Part shown: positions 50,487 to 60,130 of the stretch, piece after piece
Position numbering within the stretch: position 1 is the first letter of the stretch
Layout: each line of letters begins with the position of its first letter
From: Candidatus Fraserbacteria bacterium
GTDB lineage: Bacteria > Bipolaricaulota > Bipolaricaulia > RBG-16-55-9 > DRXL01
Reading direction: 5' to 3'
Length of the DNA stretch: 64,000 nucleotides
Assembly: GCA_947085185.1 (NCBI GenBank)
Contig: CAMTVK010000007.1
Location: 76,191-140,190 of the forward strand
Notes under the pieces: model-generated
What the model saw: the letters and a program-made list of their open reading frames with translations, nothing else
Database searches by the model: none
Told to the model about the DNA's origin: nothing
Made by a program: the position numbers and the translations under genes

Positions 50487-51536
50487 ATGAAGCGCACAGA
50501 GCGATGGGCGATCTTCGTCGTCTTGCTGGGGTGGAGCACGATGGCGTTCGCGCAGGAAGCCGCGGTGCTCACGGTGGAGAGCGTGACCGTGCCCCCAGCG
50601 GCCAAGACGACCATATCCGTCACGGTAGCACACGTCCCTGCGCCGGGCATCGCCAGCATCCAAGGACGATTCTCATACGATCCGAAAGTGCTCAAAGTCA
50701 CCGATGTGGCATTTCCGCAGATTGTGGGTGCCAACGTCACGGTCTTTAATAATACTCCGGAGTCCGGTCTGGTCCGATTTGCCGCGACGCTTGCCGGCGC
50801 AGACATCGCAGGGATCACCGAGGGGACGCTCTTAGAGTTTTCCGTAGAAGCCGTGGGCAAAAACGGCGACAAGAGCACGCTCACCCTCACCGTCGAAGTC
50901 CTGAGCGATGTCGGGTACAACGCCGTGCCGTATCAGATTATTAATGGGACTTTCGAGATCAAAGAAGTCGTCAATCAGCCACCGGTTGCGGACTTTGAGT
51001 TTGCTCCGGCGCAGCCGGCTGCGGGGCAGACCGTCAAGTTTACCGACAGATCCAAAGACCCCGACGGCCAAGTGAAGTCTTGGCAGTGGGACTTCGGCGA
51101 CGGCACCACAAGCACCGAACAGAATCCGTCGCACGTCTATCGCACTGCGGGGACGTTTACAGTAAAGCTCATCGTGACCGACGACAAGGGCGCGCCAAGC
51201 CCGCCCACCGAAAAGAAGATCACCGTGGGGCCGCCGGCGCAGATTGCTGTCACGATCACAAACTTCCCCAATCCCGCGAAAGATCGCACAAAGTTCGTCT
51301 ACGGCTGGACGCTGCCTGCGCCCGCCCGCCAAGCGACCTTGAGAATCTTCACCATCAAGGGCGAATTGGCCTTCACCAAAGACTTAGATACGAACAAGAC
51401 GGAGTTCATCTACGATCTGAAAGATAGTGTCGGTCGGCCCTTGCCCAACGGGCCGTACTTCTATGTGCTCTCTGTGACGGCGCAGGACAACAGTATCGTG
51501 CGCTCGGCAATCGGCGTCTTGGCCGTCCAACGATAA
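50487..51536 (+). CDS. Cohesin-like, PKD, T9SS-like CTD protein
   Basis: IQGRFSYDPKVLKV; WDFGDG; NFPNPA...FTIKGE...LPNGPYFY...LAVQR. Confidence 0.8.
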   Translation: MKRTERWAIFVVLLGWSTMAFAQEAAVLTVESVTVPPAAKTTISVTVAHVPAPGIASIQGRFSYDPKVLKVTDVAFPQIVGANVTVFNNTPESGLVRFAATLAGADIAGITEGTLLEFSVEAVGKNGDKSTLTLTVEVLSDVGYNAVPYQIINGTFEIKEVVNQPPVADFEFAPAQPAAGQTVKFTDRSKDPDGQVKSWQWDFGDGTTSTEQNPSHVYRTAGTFTVKLIVTDDKGAPSPPTEKKITVGPPAQIAVTITNFPNPAKDRTKFVYGWTLPAPARQATLRIFTIKGELAFTKDLDTNKTEFIYDLKDSVGRPLPNGPYFYVLSVTAQDNSIVRSAIGVLAVQR

Positions 51537-51547
51537 AGGGGGCTGCA

Positions 51548-52702
51548 ATGAGAGAGTTCCAAGTTCGAAGTTTCAAAGTTTGGGTGAGCCAGGGCTTAGT
51601 CTTTATAGCTCTGCTGGTTGCGATGACAAGCGTTGGGTCAGTTTTTGGGCAGACGCTGCTGTCGCTCTATGAGCTCGAGCGTGGGGCGCGCCCGGCGGCC
51701 CTGGGCGGCGCGTTCACCGGGCTCGCCGATGACGCCTATGCGCTCGTCTATAACCCGGCAGCGTTGGCGTTCTTAGAGCGAGCCAGCGCGCACGCGCTGA
51801 TCGAATCTCGCTTCGGAAGAGCTGTGTACGGTTCGGTCGTCGCCGGAGGACGCCATCTTGGGGTGGGCTTGGTCTTCTTGAATGTCTCGAATATTCCCTG
51901 GCGCGATGAGAATAACAAGCCCGTGCAAGGGGGCACGTTCGATTTCAGTCAATTGGGGCTCACCGTTGCTGGGGGGATCTCTTTGGCGGATCTCCCTTTG
52001 GGAGCGGGCTTGGGGGCTCTGCAGAATTTCGCTGTTGGGCTTCGGGCCAAGATCATAACTGTGAGCACATTGCCTGAGGGCAGCGGTGCGGGGTTCTCGC
52101 TCGAGCCGGCGCTCTTCTATAAGCTCAATAATGTAGGGAGCCTAGGGGGATTGCGCATCGGCGTTGTCATTGAGAATCTTGTGGGTTTGGGAGTGAGCTA
52201 TGGCAGTGGGCATAGCGAAAATTTCCCCATTGGGCTGCGTTTGGGAGCCTCGCTCAGCCCGGTGCCCGGGGCGATCCTGAGTGCTGATGTCGAAGCCAAC
52301 GGCACGGTGCACCTTGGGGGAGAATATAAGCTCTCTAACGCACAATTTGTTCGATTCGGCTTGCTCCAGCTTGCAGTGCGCGGTGGGGTGCTCGTGAGCC
52401 CATCGTTAGTACAAGCGAGCGTGGGGTTTGGCACGAGAATACGCGGTGGCCTGCAGCTCGATTACACGGCGCTGACGCACTCGGAATTGCCGATGACGCA
52501 TCGCGTGGAAGTTGCGTTTCGCTTTGGGTTTCAGAGTTTTCTCTGTCTGATACTGGGGCGATCGTGTCCGGCTCCCGAGGAAGAAGTGATACTTCCTCCC
52601 ACGGAGGAGCCGCAGCCTCCTGATGATCCTCCTGGTGACTCTCCGGAGTGCCCCGGCGATGACCCGAACGTAGACTGCGAAAACGATCCGTTCTGGCCGT
52701 AG
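51548..52702 (+). CDS. PorV/PorQ-like barrel with acidic Pro/Cys-rich C-terminal tail
   Basis: GARPAALGGAFTGLADD...YNPAAL; LDY; AFRF then about 58 extra residues. Confidence 0.78.
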   Translation: MREFQVRSFKVWVSQGLVFIALLVAMTSVGSVFGQTLLSLYELERGARPAALGGAFTGLADDAYALVYNPAALAFLERASAHALIESRFGRAVYGSVVAGGRHLGVGLVFLNVSNIPWRDENNKPVQGGTFDFSQLGLTVAGGISLADLPLGAGLGALQNFAVGLRAKIITVSTLPEGSGAGFSLEPALFYKLNNVGSLGGLRIGVVIENLVGLGVSYGSGHSENFPIGLRLGASLSPVPGAILSADVEANGTVHLGGEYKLSNAQFVRFGLLQLAVRGGVLVSPSLVQASVGFGTRIRGGLQLDYTALTHSELPMTHRVEVAFRFGFQSFLCLILGRSCPAPEEEVILPPTEEPQPPDDPPGDSPECPGDDPNVDCENDPFWP

Positions 52703-52719
52703 GGTGATGCTCCTTAATT

Positions 52720-53184
52720 TTAGAGATAGTCTTCCAAGAGCAAGATTGCGAGCCCCTCTTTGCGGTGAGCTCGCTTCAGCTCTGCATCGTTGGTGAGAAA
52801 AGCTTTGGCCTTCTCTACTACAGCCGTGCTCAGCAAGAGCGCATCAGGAGTGCGCAGCCCGTAGTAGGCCCGCAAGCGGGCGGCCTCCCGAGCAATCGCG
52901 CTATGGGGAGCAACGATGGTCGTGTGAGGCAGCCCTTGGAGAAAGCGCTCGCAGGCCGTAATAGCTGTTTCATTGCCCTCAACAAAGGGCTTGACCAGAA
53001 GCTCTGTTATGGAAATTGTGGAGATCACCGCTGTGAACGTGCCTTTGGCCAGCAGGGAGAAGACCGTCTCTGTTAGGCTGGCATAGGGGGCAAGGCCCTC
53101 CAAATGATAGATCAAGACGGAGCTATCGAGCCCGACCTTCCCTGCGCGAGCTAAGTCGGCTGCTAGGCCTTTGCTTTGTCCCAT
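52720..53184 (-). CDS. vapC: PIN-domain VapC toxin
   Basis: LDSSVLIY, E, LRTPDAL, TND acidic motifs. Confidence 0.88.
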   Translation of the reverse strand: MGQSKGLAADLARAGKVGLDSSVLIYHLEGLAPYASLTETVFSLLAKGTFTAVISTISITELLVKPFVEGNETAITACERFLQGLPHTTIVAPHSAIAREAARLRAYYGLRTPDALLLSTAVVEKAKAFLTNDAELKRAHRKEGLAILLLEDYL

Positions 53185-53420
53185 GTAGCTCGCTCTCTCC
53201 GGAGGTAACGTTCGAGCTCTTCTGGGGTCTGTCCCCACGTCCCTCGGAGCATCCCGCGCGTGAGAGCGGCATAGCGTTCCGGCGTAGTAAGTACGGCTTG
53301 GCCATCGTGAAGGACAATCAGCACGGAATCACCCTCTTCGAGCTTAAGGGCCTCTCGAACCTCCTTAGGCAAGACCATCTGACCCTTCCTGCCAAGTCTG
53401 ACTATCTTGGTTAGAGTCAT
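53163..53420 (-). CDS. AbrB/MazE-type antitoxin
   Basis: KGQMVLPKEVREALKL; overlaps PIN gene. Confidence 0.88.
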   Translation of the reverse strand: MTLTKIVRLGRKGQMVLPKEVREALKLEEGDSVLIVLHDGQAVLTTPERYAALTRGMLRGTWGQTPEELERYLRRERATWDKAKA

Positions 53421-53564
53421 ACTATGATACCTCGGTCTGATTATAGTGAAGATAGTCCGGTGATTGCAAGGAGATAGGGAACAAATCTCGTGGCACAGGG
53501 GCCGCAGAGCCCGCTTGCACGGCCCAGACGGACAGAGTAACATAACTCTTAAGGGTGATCGCGC

Positions 53565-54128
53565 ATGGCGACCCAGGCCCAGATGAAGTTCACTTACGAA
53601 GACTATAAAAGCTTGCCCTATGTGGAGCGCCAACGGTATGAGCTTCTCGAAGGAGAGCTGATCCCCATGACGCCATCGCCAGGAGAGGCCCATCAAGCGG
53701 TCTCTATTGCCCTATCGTCGGCATTGTACAGATTCGTTCGGGAGCAGCGTCTTGGCCGTGTCTACGAAGCCCCGTTCGACGTGGTGCTAGGGGAGAGGGG
53801 CGAAGAGCAAGTCGTCCAGCCCGATATTCTCTTCATCGCTCAAGAGCGACGGGATATCATTCACGAGGAGGAGATTCGCGGCGCGCCTGATCTTGTCATA
53901 GAAATTCTCTCCCCGGCGACAGCCGAAAAGGACCGAGTCTTCAAGCGTCGGCTCTATGCTAAGTATGGAGTGAAAGAGTACTGGATCGTAGATCCCCATG
54001 AAGGGACTCTGGAAGTCCTGACGCTGGGCGAGCAAGGATATGAGCGATACGGACTCTATAGAAAAGATGAGGCGCTCACGTCGCCGCTTTTGCCGGGATT
54101 GCGAATCTCACTTACTGAAATCTTTTGA
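53565..54128 (+). CDS. Uma2-family endonuclease (close paralog of 41326)
   Basis: Same motifs; N-terminal segment nearly identical. Confidence 0.92.
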   Translation: MATQAQMKFTYEDYKSLPYVERQRYELLEGELIPMTPSPGEAHQAVSIALSSALYRFVREQRLGRVYEAPFDVVLGERGEEQVVQPDILFIAQERRDIIHEEEIRGAPDLVIEILSPATAEKDRVFKRRLYAKYGVKEYWIVDPHEGTLEVLTLGEQGYERYGLYRKDEALTSPLLPGLRISLTEIF

Positions 54129-55659
54129 GCGGCGGCCAAAAGCGGCCTAGCCGTCCCAGCCCCACATATATACTCGCTCCCGATGCTACGCTGAGCCCCA
54201 CAGCGAAAAATTCTCCAAACAAGCTCGCCCACCCTGCAAGAATATACACAAGAATCCCCATCAGGACCGACGCGCCGATCATCTTGGCGATGGGACAAGC
54301 TGAATCGGGTTCTCTGAGTTGGAGCGCCCCGTTGAGGCGTCTCTGCAGGAGCAGAAAGAGCAAGAACGCATGAGCGATACCAGCCAGCGACGTAGCCAGT
54401 GCCAGCCCACCCACCCCCAACGGCCCCACGAGTGCATAGTCTAAGACGACATTGAGCGCTACTGTGAGGGCCCCGGTAAAGAGCGGCGTGCGCGTGTCTT
54501 GCAGGGCGTAGAACGCCCGCGTCAGCAGATACGCCAGAGCATAGCCGATCAGTCCCGGCAGGTAATTTCTGAGCGCATACGCTGTCAGCAGTGTGTCTTC
54601 GCGGGTGAAGCGGCCGTGCTCAAAAAGCACTTGGATGATGGGTTGGGCGAGCGCGAACAATCCCACGGTCGCGGGCAAAAGAATGGAGAGCGAAAATACC
54701 GCGCTCTCGCGGAGCGTCCGAGCGAACAGACGCGTGTCGTTCTCGGCAGCGTGCGCCGACAGTCGTGGCAGAATCACGCTGCCTACCGAGACGACAAAGA
54801 GCCCCAAGGGCAGCTGAAAGAGCCTGATAGCATACTGCAACGCTGAGATGCTCCCCTCGGCCAAGTGCGAAGCTAATTTGTTGTCTACGATAGTGTTGAT
54901 CTGGAAGATCGCAAGCCCCACCACCGAAGGGAGCATCAGTCGGAAGAGTCTTTGGAGACCCTCGTCGCGCAGGTCGAGCTGCGGACGATAGCGCCAGCGA
55001 TCTTTCACATAAGGGATTTGGAAGAGCAATTGCCCTAGCCCCCCAAGCAGCACTCCTACAGCGAGAGCATAGATCGGCTCGACGAAGAGCTGGGCGAACG
55101 CCCACGCTGAGAGGATCACCCCGACGTTGAAGAGCACCGGTGCAAACGCCGGAGCGAAAAAGCGCTCGTAGCTGTTGAGCACGCCCATGACGATCGCCGC
55201 GATCCCCACAAGCGCAATGAACGGGAATGTGATCTGAGTGAGTCTCACTGTCAGCTCGAGCTGTTCGGCAGAGAATCCGTCGGCGAAGAACGGCACATAG
55301 AATGGGGCGAGGAGGATTCCCAAGATAACTGCGCCGGGGAAGAAGATGAGCGCCGCCGTGACGACGGTGTTGGCGAAGCGCGTTGCTTTCTCGGGGCCGT
55401 CTTTGGTGAGGCGCTCGGTGAAGATGGGGATGAACGCGCTGGAGAGCGCGCCTTCGGCTAAGAGCTTTCGCAGCAGATGAGGGATCATGAATGCGATCAG
55501 ATAGGCGTCATACACGCGACTGGCCCCAAAGAGATCAGCGATGACTACGTCCCGAGCGAGCCCCAAGACCCGACTGAGCCCCGTCGAGCCGGAGGTCACC
55601 AAGACGCTCTTGAGTAGGGAAGCCTGGGGCCGTCTTGTCTGGGCGTCCGAATGGGTCAT
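54112..55659 (-). CDS. murJ: Lipid II flippase
   Basis: SRVLGLARD, AEGALSSAFIP, RLFQLPLG, FYALQDTRTP. Confidence 0.95.
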   Translation of the reverse strand: MTHSDAQTRRPQASLLKSVLVTSGSTGLSRVLGLARDVVIADLFGASRVYDAYLIAFMIPHLLRKLLAEGALSSAFIPIFTERLTKDGPEKATRFANTVVTAALIFFPGAVILGILLAPFYVPFFADGFSAEQLELTVRLTQITFPFIALVGIAAIVMGVLNSYERFFAPAFAPVLFNVGVILSAWAFAQLFVEPIYALAVGVLLGGLGQLLFQIPYVKDRWRYRPQLDLRDEGLQRLFRLMLPSVVGLAIFQINTIVDNKLASHLAEGSISALQYAIRLFQLPLGLFVVSVGSVILPRLSAHAAENDTRLFARTLRESAVFSLSILLPATVGLFALAQPIIQVLFEHGRFTREDTLLTAYALRNYLPGLIGYALAYLLTRAFYALQDTRTPLFTGALTVALNVVLDYALVGPLGVGGLALATSLAGIAHAFLLFLLLQRRLNGALQLREPDSACPIAKMIGASVLMGILVYILAGWASLFGEFFAVGLSVASGASIYVGLGRLGRFWPPLKRFQ

Positions 55660-55665
55660 AGTGAG

Positions 55666-57318
55666 TTATTTTCGCACGAGGGCCAGCCCCACCGCGATGG
55701 GACGCCGGCCTCCGATCGTCTGCACCGTCGCGCCCTGACGGACAAGCAGCGTGCTGGAAGACCCTCCGTCGAGCGCCAAAGCCGACTGTGCCCCGAGCGA
55801 TTGGGCGAGGATCGCTACTGTGCGTAGATCTGCGCCGACGCTTCGCCCGTCTTTGAGAATCACGATGAAGAGCAAGTCTCCCGATTCGGTGAGCGCCAGG
55901 GCGCTGCGGGCGGCCTTGGCGTTTATGAGCTCTTCAGAGAATCGTTCGGCCTTCGGATCGAGCACGATCTGGCCATCTTTCAGTAACAATGGTCCGGCGC
56001 TGATCGCCTCGCGCAAGAAGAGCACCTGGGGATCGAGCGCGTATGAAATGTTTACGCGATCTCCCGGACGGAGTCCGCCCAAGCGACGTCGTGCCGCACC
56101 CGTCGCAACGAGGAGCGTAGACTCGCCGTCGGGGAGCACTACGCCGTTTTCTGTGACGCTGACGACGAAATTATGTCGGAGCCGCACGGCTTTGAGTGGA
56201 GCGTTGCTGCGGATGGGCAATGCATAGCGATCTGTGTAGAGAAAGAGCCCGTCAAAAGATGGCGGGCGATTCAGCCCGTCAATAGCGACGGGCTGTCCAA
56301 ACACCGAAGCGGAGAGCAAGAGATTTGGGGCGAAGAAGTACAGATCGCCAAAGAGCGAGACCCCAAGAGCGCCACGACGCCCATAGGGCGCGCTGTGCAC
56401 AACCCCGTCCTTGACCAAAAGCCCGATGGGCAGTTGAGTGCTGGGATCGAAGAAGTTCGCGTTGATTGCCACAAGGGCAGTGTTCGCCATCTTCTCCAAC
56501 GGCTCGAGCGCGCCGATGCCGTCGCGCGGCAGCGTCACTGTCAGCCTATAGCGTTCCTTCCAGTTCTGGACTCTCACATAGTGAACGCTCACAGGGCCGT
56601 CGACGGTGAGCGCCCGAGCTTGCACGTAGAGCATATCGTCGCTCACTCGTGTTTGAGATTCCGTGCGCATGAGCACTCTGGGCTCAGGGGCCTTCGGCGC
56701 TGCACGCACCCACACGAGAAATTTTTCAGACTCGACGGCAGTCGCTTGCGCCGTCTGGGAAGCTTCAAGCTGGAGATGAACTCTGAGCGTTTCGGGCGGC
56801 TCTTGAGTGATCGTGACGGGTGCGTCGGAGAGCGCGCTGACGGTGTGAAAGAAGCGCACGGTGACTAAATTATTCTGGGTTTTGAGCTCGAAGGGGGCGC
56901 GAGCTGAGAGCGTGAAAAAGACCCCACTTGAAGAGACAATGATAGAGACTAAGCGTGCCGGCGTGCTGAACAGATAATAGGCGCTGCCGACTTTAAGAGT
57001 CTTTATGCGCAGAAGCTGTGTCAGCTGAGGGAGCGCGATATAGAGCAGCGGGCCGCGGGCGACCAGCTCTTGGGGAGAGAGCGTCGCTGACTGTCGTGCG
57101 CCCCAGCGCAGCGTCACGCTCTCGTCACTGACGTCTGCTTCGGCGCCGAGTATTTTAGCAAACTCGACCAAGGGCACAAAGATGTGGTCGCCTTCAACAA
57201 GTACTCTATTTTTGAGGGAGATCGGCTGATTGTTCAAAAAGACCTGAGGGGCTTGCGCCGGCGCAGCTTGCGCGCCGACGACAAGCCCAAGAGCAACACT
57301 GAGGATCAGTCGTGTCAA
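55666..57318 (-). CDS. Secreted phosphodiester glycosidase (NAGPA-like) family protein
   Basis: AINANFF, AGPLLL, ARSA, LDGGSS. Confidence 0.85.
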   Translation of the reverse strand: MTRLILSVALGLVVGAQAAPAQAPQVFLNNQPISLKNRVLVEGDHIFVPLVEFAKILGAEADVSDESVTLRWGARQSATLSPQELVARGPLLYIALPQLTQLLRIKTLKVGSAYYLFSTPARLVSIIVSSSGVFFTLSARAPFELKTQNNLVTVRFFHTVSALSDAPVTITQEPPETLRVHLQLEASQTAQATAVESEKFLVWVRAAPKAPEPRVLMRTESQTRVSDDMLYVQARALTVDGPVSVHYVRVQNWKERYRLTVTLPRDGIGALEPLEKMANTALVAINANFFDPSTQLPIGLLVKDGVVHSAPYGRRGALGVSLFGDLYFFAPNLLLSASVFGQPVAIDGLNRPPSFDGLFLYTDRYALPIRSNAPLKAVRLRHNFVVSVTENGVVLPDGESTLLVATGAARRRLGGLRPGDRVNISYALDPQVLFLREAISAGPLLLKDGQIVLDPKAERFSEELINAKAARSALALTESGDLLFIVILKDGRSVGADLRTVAILAQSLGAQSALALDGGSSSTLLVRQGATVQTIGGRRPIAVGLALVRK

Positions 57319-57773
57319 TCGGCCGATGGCTCTTCCTCCACGTGGACGCGAATGCTCGCCGTAATATCTTTGTACAGGGAGATCGTGACGGGGTGGACGC
57401 CCAAGGTCTCGATGGGAGTCTCTACTTCGATGCGATCTTTGGGGATCTCGATGCCGAGCTTCTCTAAGATCTGTTGGGCGATCTCTTCGCGGCGCACCGA
57501 GCTGTAGAGCTTGCCGTCATGAGCTTTACGCAAGAACGTGAGCGCGAACCCGTCGAGCTTCGCGTGTGCGGCGCGCGCCCACTCCTCGCGGGCTGCAAGC
57601 TCCAGCGCGCGCTGCTCGCGCACCTTCTTAAATTGGTTGATGTAATGGGGCGTAGGCAGGACGGCGAGCTTGCGCGGCAGAAGATAGTTTCTCGCGTACC
57701 CGTCAGCGACTTTGACGATATCCCCAGGCTCGCCTAGCTTCTCGACGCTTTGGGTCAACAAGACTTCGATCAT
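57315..57773 (-). CDS. rplI: 50S ribosomal protein L9
   Basis: LGEPGDIVKVADGYARNYLLP; GKLY. Confidence 0.96.
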   Translation of the reverse strand: MIEVLLTQSVEKLGEPGDIVKVADGYARNYLLPRKLAVLPTPHYINQFKKVREQRALELAAREEWARAAHAKLDGFALTFLRKAHDGKLYSSVRREEIAQQILEKLGIEIPKDRIEVETPIETLGVHPVTISLYKDITASIRVHVEEEPSAD

Positions 57774-57895
57774 ATGGGATCCCTCCTGGTGAAGTACAAT
57801 TGGGATGGGCCTATTGTACTGACCAGGCCTGTCATGCGCAAGATGCTTGAGCATCCAATACTGTGTTATAGTATAGTAAGCGGGGGTGGCTTGGA

Positions 57896-58747
57896 ATGAC
57901 CGATGTCCTTTCGGATTTAGGAAGACGTACCCTGATCATGGGAATTGTGAATGTCACGCCTGATTCTTTTTCGGACGGGGGGCGCTTTTTCTCGACAGAG
58001 CGTGCTGTGGCACATGCCCGTCAGCTTGTCTGTGAAGGGGCGGATATTCTCGATATTGGGGGAGAGTCGAGTCGGCCAGGCGCGCAGCCCGTCCCTTTTG
58101 AAGAAGAGCTGCGCCGGGTTATCCCCGTCATCCGCGCGATCCGCAGAGAGTTTTCTGTTCCCATCTCGATTGACACGTATAAGGCTTCGGTAGCGGAAGC
58201 AGCTCTCGACGCTGGGGCCAATATCGTCAACGACATCAGTGCGTTGCGCTTCGACAGCCGTATGGTCGAAGTGGTCGCTCGTGCGGGTGTCCCCGTAGTG
58301 CTGATGCACATGCAGGGCGACCCCAGAACGATGCAACAGAACCCTACGTATACGGACGTGGTGAGGGAGATTAAAGAATTTCTCAGGGAGCGCATCGCGT
58401 ACGCTCTTGAGCACGGCATCGAGAAAAGACGGATCATTATTGATCCGGGGATCGGCTTTGGCAAGACCGTGGAGCACAACATTGAGATTTTGCAGAGGCT
58501 GAGCGAGCTCAAGGAGCTGGGCTGTCCCATCTTGATCGGCACATCAAGAAAGTCTTTTATCGGGCGGCTGGGGAGCACGACGTCTGAACCACTGCCGATG
58601 CATGAGCGCTTAGAGGGGACGATCGCCAGCAATGTGATCGCGGTGATGAACGGGGCGCAGATCGTGCGGGTGCACGATGTCGCTCCGATGAAGAGGGCAT
58701 TAGCAATTGCAGATGCCATGCGCTATGATAAAGCACAGTGGAGGTAA
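57896..58747 (+). CDS. folP: Dihydropteroate synthase
   Basis: NVTPDSFSDGG, GGESSRPG, DPGIGFGK, SRKSF, RVHDV. Confidence 0.97.
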   Translation: MTDVLSDLGRRTLIMGIVNVTPDSFSDGGRFFSTERAVAHARQLVCEGADILDIGGESSRPGAQPVPFEEELRRVIPVIRAIRREFSVPISIDTYKASVAEAALDAGANIVNDISALRFDSRMVEVVARAGVPVVLMHMQGDPRTMQQNPTYTDVVREIKEFLRERIAYALEHGIEKRRIIIDPGIGFGKTVEHNIEILQRLSELKELGCPILIGTSRKSFIGRLGSTTSEPLPMHERLEGTIASNVIAVMNGAQIVRVHDVAPMKRALAIADAMRYDKAQWR

Positions 58748-58754
58748 TGAGACA

Positions 58755-59261
58755 ATGGCGATTAATTTGAAGAAGCTGCGTGAGATGTCGGGGCGAGTGG
58801 TCCTCGTGGATGAAATCTATCCAGCGTTGAGCGTTGCTTGGGGGCACGCGTTTGCTCTGCGTGGGAGGGTGCATGTGCAGGGGCAGGCGGTCCATCGCGA
58901 CCGCGCGATCTTTCTCGACCTGCGCATTCAGGCCACCGCGGTGCAGCCATGCAGTCGCTGTTTGGCGGACGTGATCTCGCCCTTAGATTGGGAGGAGCAT
59001 CTGGAGTTTCAGCCGGAAGAGCGCGGGGGGCTGCTGGAGCAGGAGGCGTTCACGTATCGTCTTGAGGATACGGAGTTGAGCTTGCAGCCGTATATTGTGG
59101 GGTTGATCGGGAGCGTGCTCGATCCCAAGCCACTCTGTCGGCCGGACTGCAAGGGGCTTTGTCCCGTGTGCGGGCAGGACCTCAATGTCAAAGAGTGCGC
59201 GTGCGGGGCGCGCCGCGAGGGCGACCCGCGCTTGAAGATATTGAAAGAGCTTTTGAGATAG
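58755..59261 (+). CDS. DUF177/YceD family protein
   Basis: CSRCL; PLCRPDCKGLCPVCGQDLN; DPR. Confidence 0.9.
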   Translation: MAINLKKLREMSGRVVLVDEIYPALSVAWGHAFALRGRVHVQGQAVHRDRAIFLDLRIQATAVQPCSRCLADVISPLDWEEHLEFQPEERGGLLEQEAFTYRLEDTELSLQPYIVGLIGSVLDPKPLCRPDCKGLCPVCGQDLNVKECACGARREGDPRLKILKELLR

Positions 59262-59265
59262 TGCC

Positions 59266-59742
59266 ATGCGCGTTCTGGGGATAGACCCTGGCCTGGCGAC
59301 GACAGGGTACGCCATCATAGAGACTCAATCTGGGCGCGTGCGCGTGCTCGAAGCCGGGGTGATTCGCACCCCCGCTGATAAAGAGCTGCCTCACCGATTG
59401 CACACGCTCTACGAAGATACACGGCGCCTCTTGAGAGAATACCAGCCCGATGCTCTCGCTATTGAGGAGCTCTTCTTCGCGCAGAACCGCACCACAGCGA
59501 TGGCTGTCGCTTGCGCCCGTGGGGTCGTTCTGCTAGCAGCACATGATGTAACTGAGATGAAGGGCTACACGCCGTTGCAGATCAAGCGGCGCATTGCTGG
59601 CCACGGCCGCGCAAAAAAGCCCCAAATCCAAAAGATGATGAAGCAGCTCTTGCACTTGAGAGAGATCCCCAAGCCCGATGATGCCGCCGACGCGCTGGCT
59701 GTGGCGCTCTGCTATCTGCTTGAGGCTTGCAAGAGACGCTGA
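59266..59742 (+). CDS. ruvC: Holliday junction resolvase
   Basis: LGIDPG, IEELFF, DDAADALAVA. Confidence 0.96.
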   Translation: MRVLGIDPGLATTGYAIIETQSGRVRVLEAGVIRTPADKELPHRLHTLYEDTRRLLREYQPDALAIEELFFAQNRTTAMAVACARGVVLLAAHDVTEMKGYTPLQIKRRIAGHGRAKKPQIQKMMKQLLHLREIPKPDDAADALAVALCYLLEACKRR

Positions 59743-59864
59743 GTTGCTTTTTCCCCCAAAATGTGCTATAGTGAGTCTAAGGACGATTTCCAGCACGAGC
59801 CCATCTGTCACACCAGATAGGTCACGGCGAAACCTTCCTACATAACCCCAAGGGGGTGACAGAT

Positions 59865-60059
59865 GTGAGCTTCGAACGCAGGATGTACGACGTCAGCAGC
59901 ATGAACCTCAAGTGCGCCCAGTGCAATAAGGCGATCACTGAGCTCCCGTTCCAGCCGGATGGGAGCCGTCCGGTCTATTGCCAAGAGTGCAATCGTGGGC
60001 GGGCGCGCTCTGGCGGATTCCGCAGCGGGTACAATCGCGGCGGCTACCGCGGACGATAG
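59865..60059 (+). CDS. CxxC-x17-CxxC-type zinc ribbon protein with RG-rich tail
   Basis: CAQC...LPFQPDGSRPVYCQEC. Confidence 0.8.
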   Translation: MSFERRMYDVSSMNLKCAQCNKAITELPFQPDGSRPVYCQECNRGRARSGGFRSGYNRGGYRGR

Positions 60060-60072
60060 AAGCGCACCAAGA

Positions 60073-60113
60073 GAAGGCCGCTAGGGAGACCCTGGCGGCC
60101 TTCATGCTTTTTC
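60073..60113 (+). terminator. Intrinsic terminator
   Basis: GAAGGCCGCTAGGG / CCCTGGCGGCCTTC stem with downstream T run. Confidence 0.7.
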
Positions 60114-60130
60114 TGAGAATGAGAGCGAAG

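Noticed and set aside
32041..52702. True cellulosome
   Set aside because: No glycoside hydrolase or CBM motifs recognised and no multi-cohesin scaffoldin
59780..59860. Possible riboswitch upstream of the zinc-ribbon gene
   Set aside because: Only a small hairpin visible; no recognisable family consensus without an Rfam search
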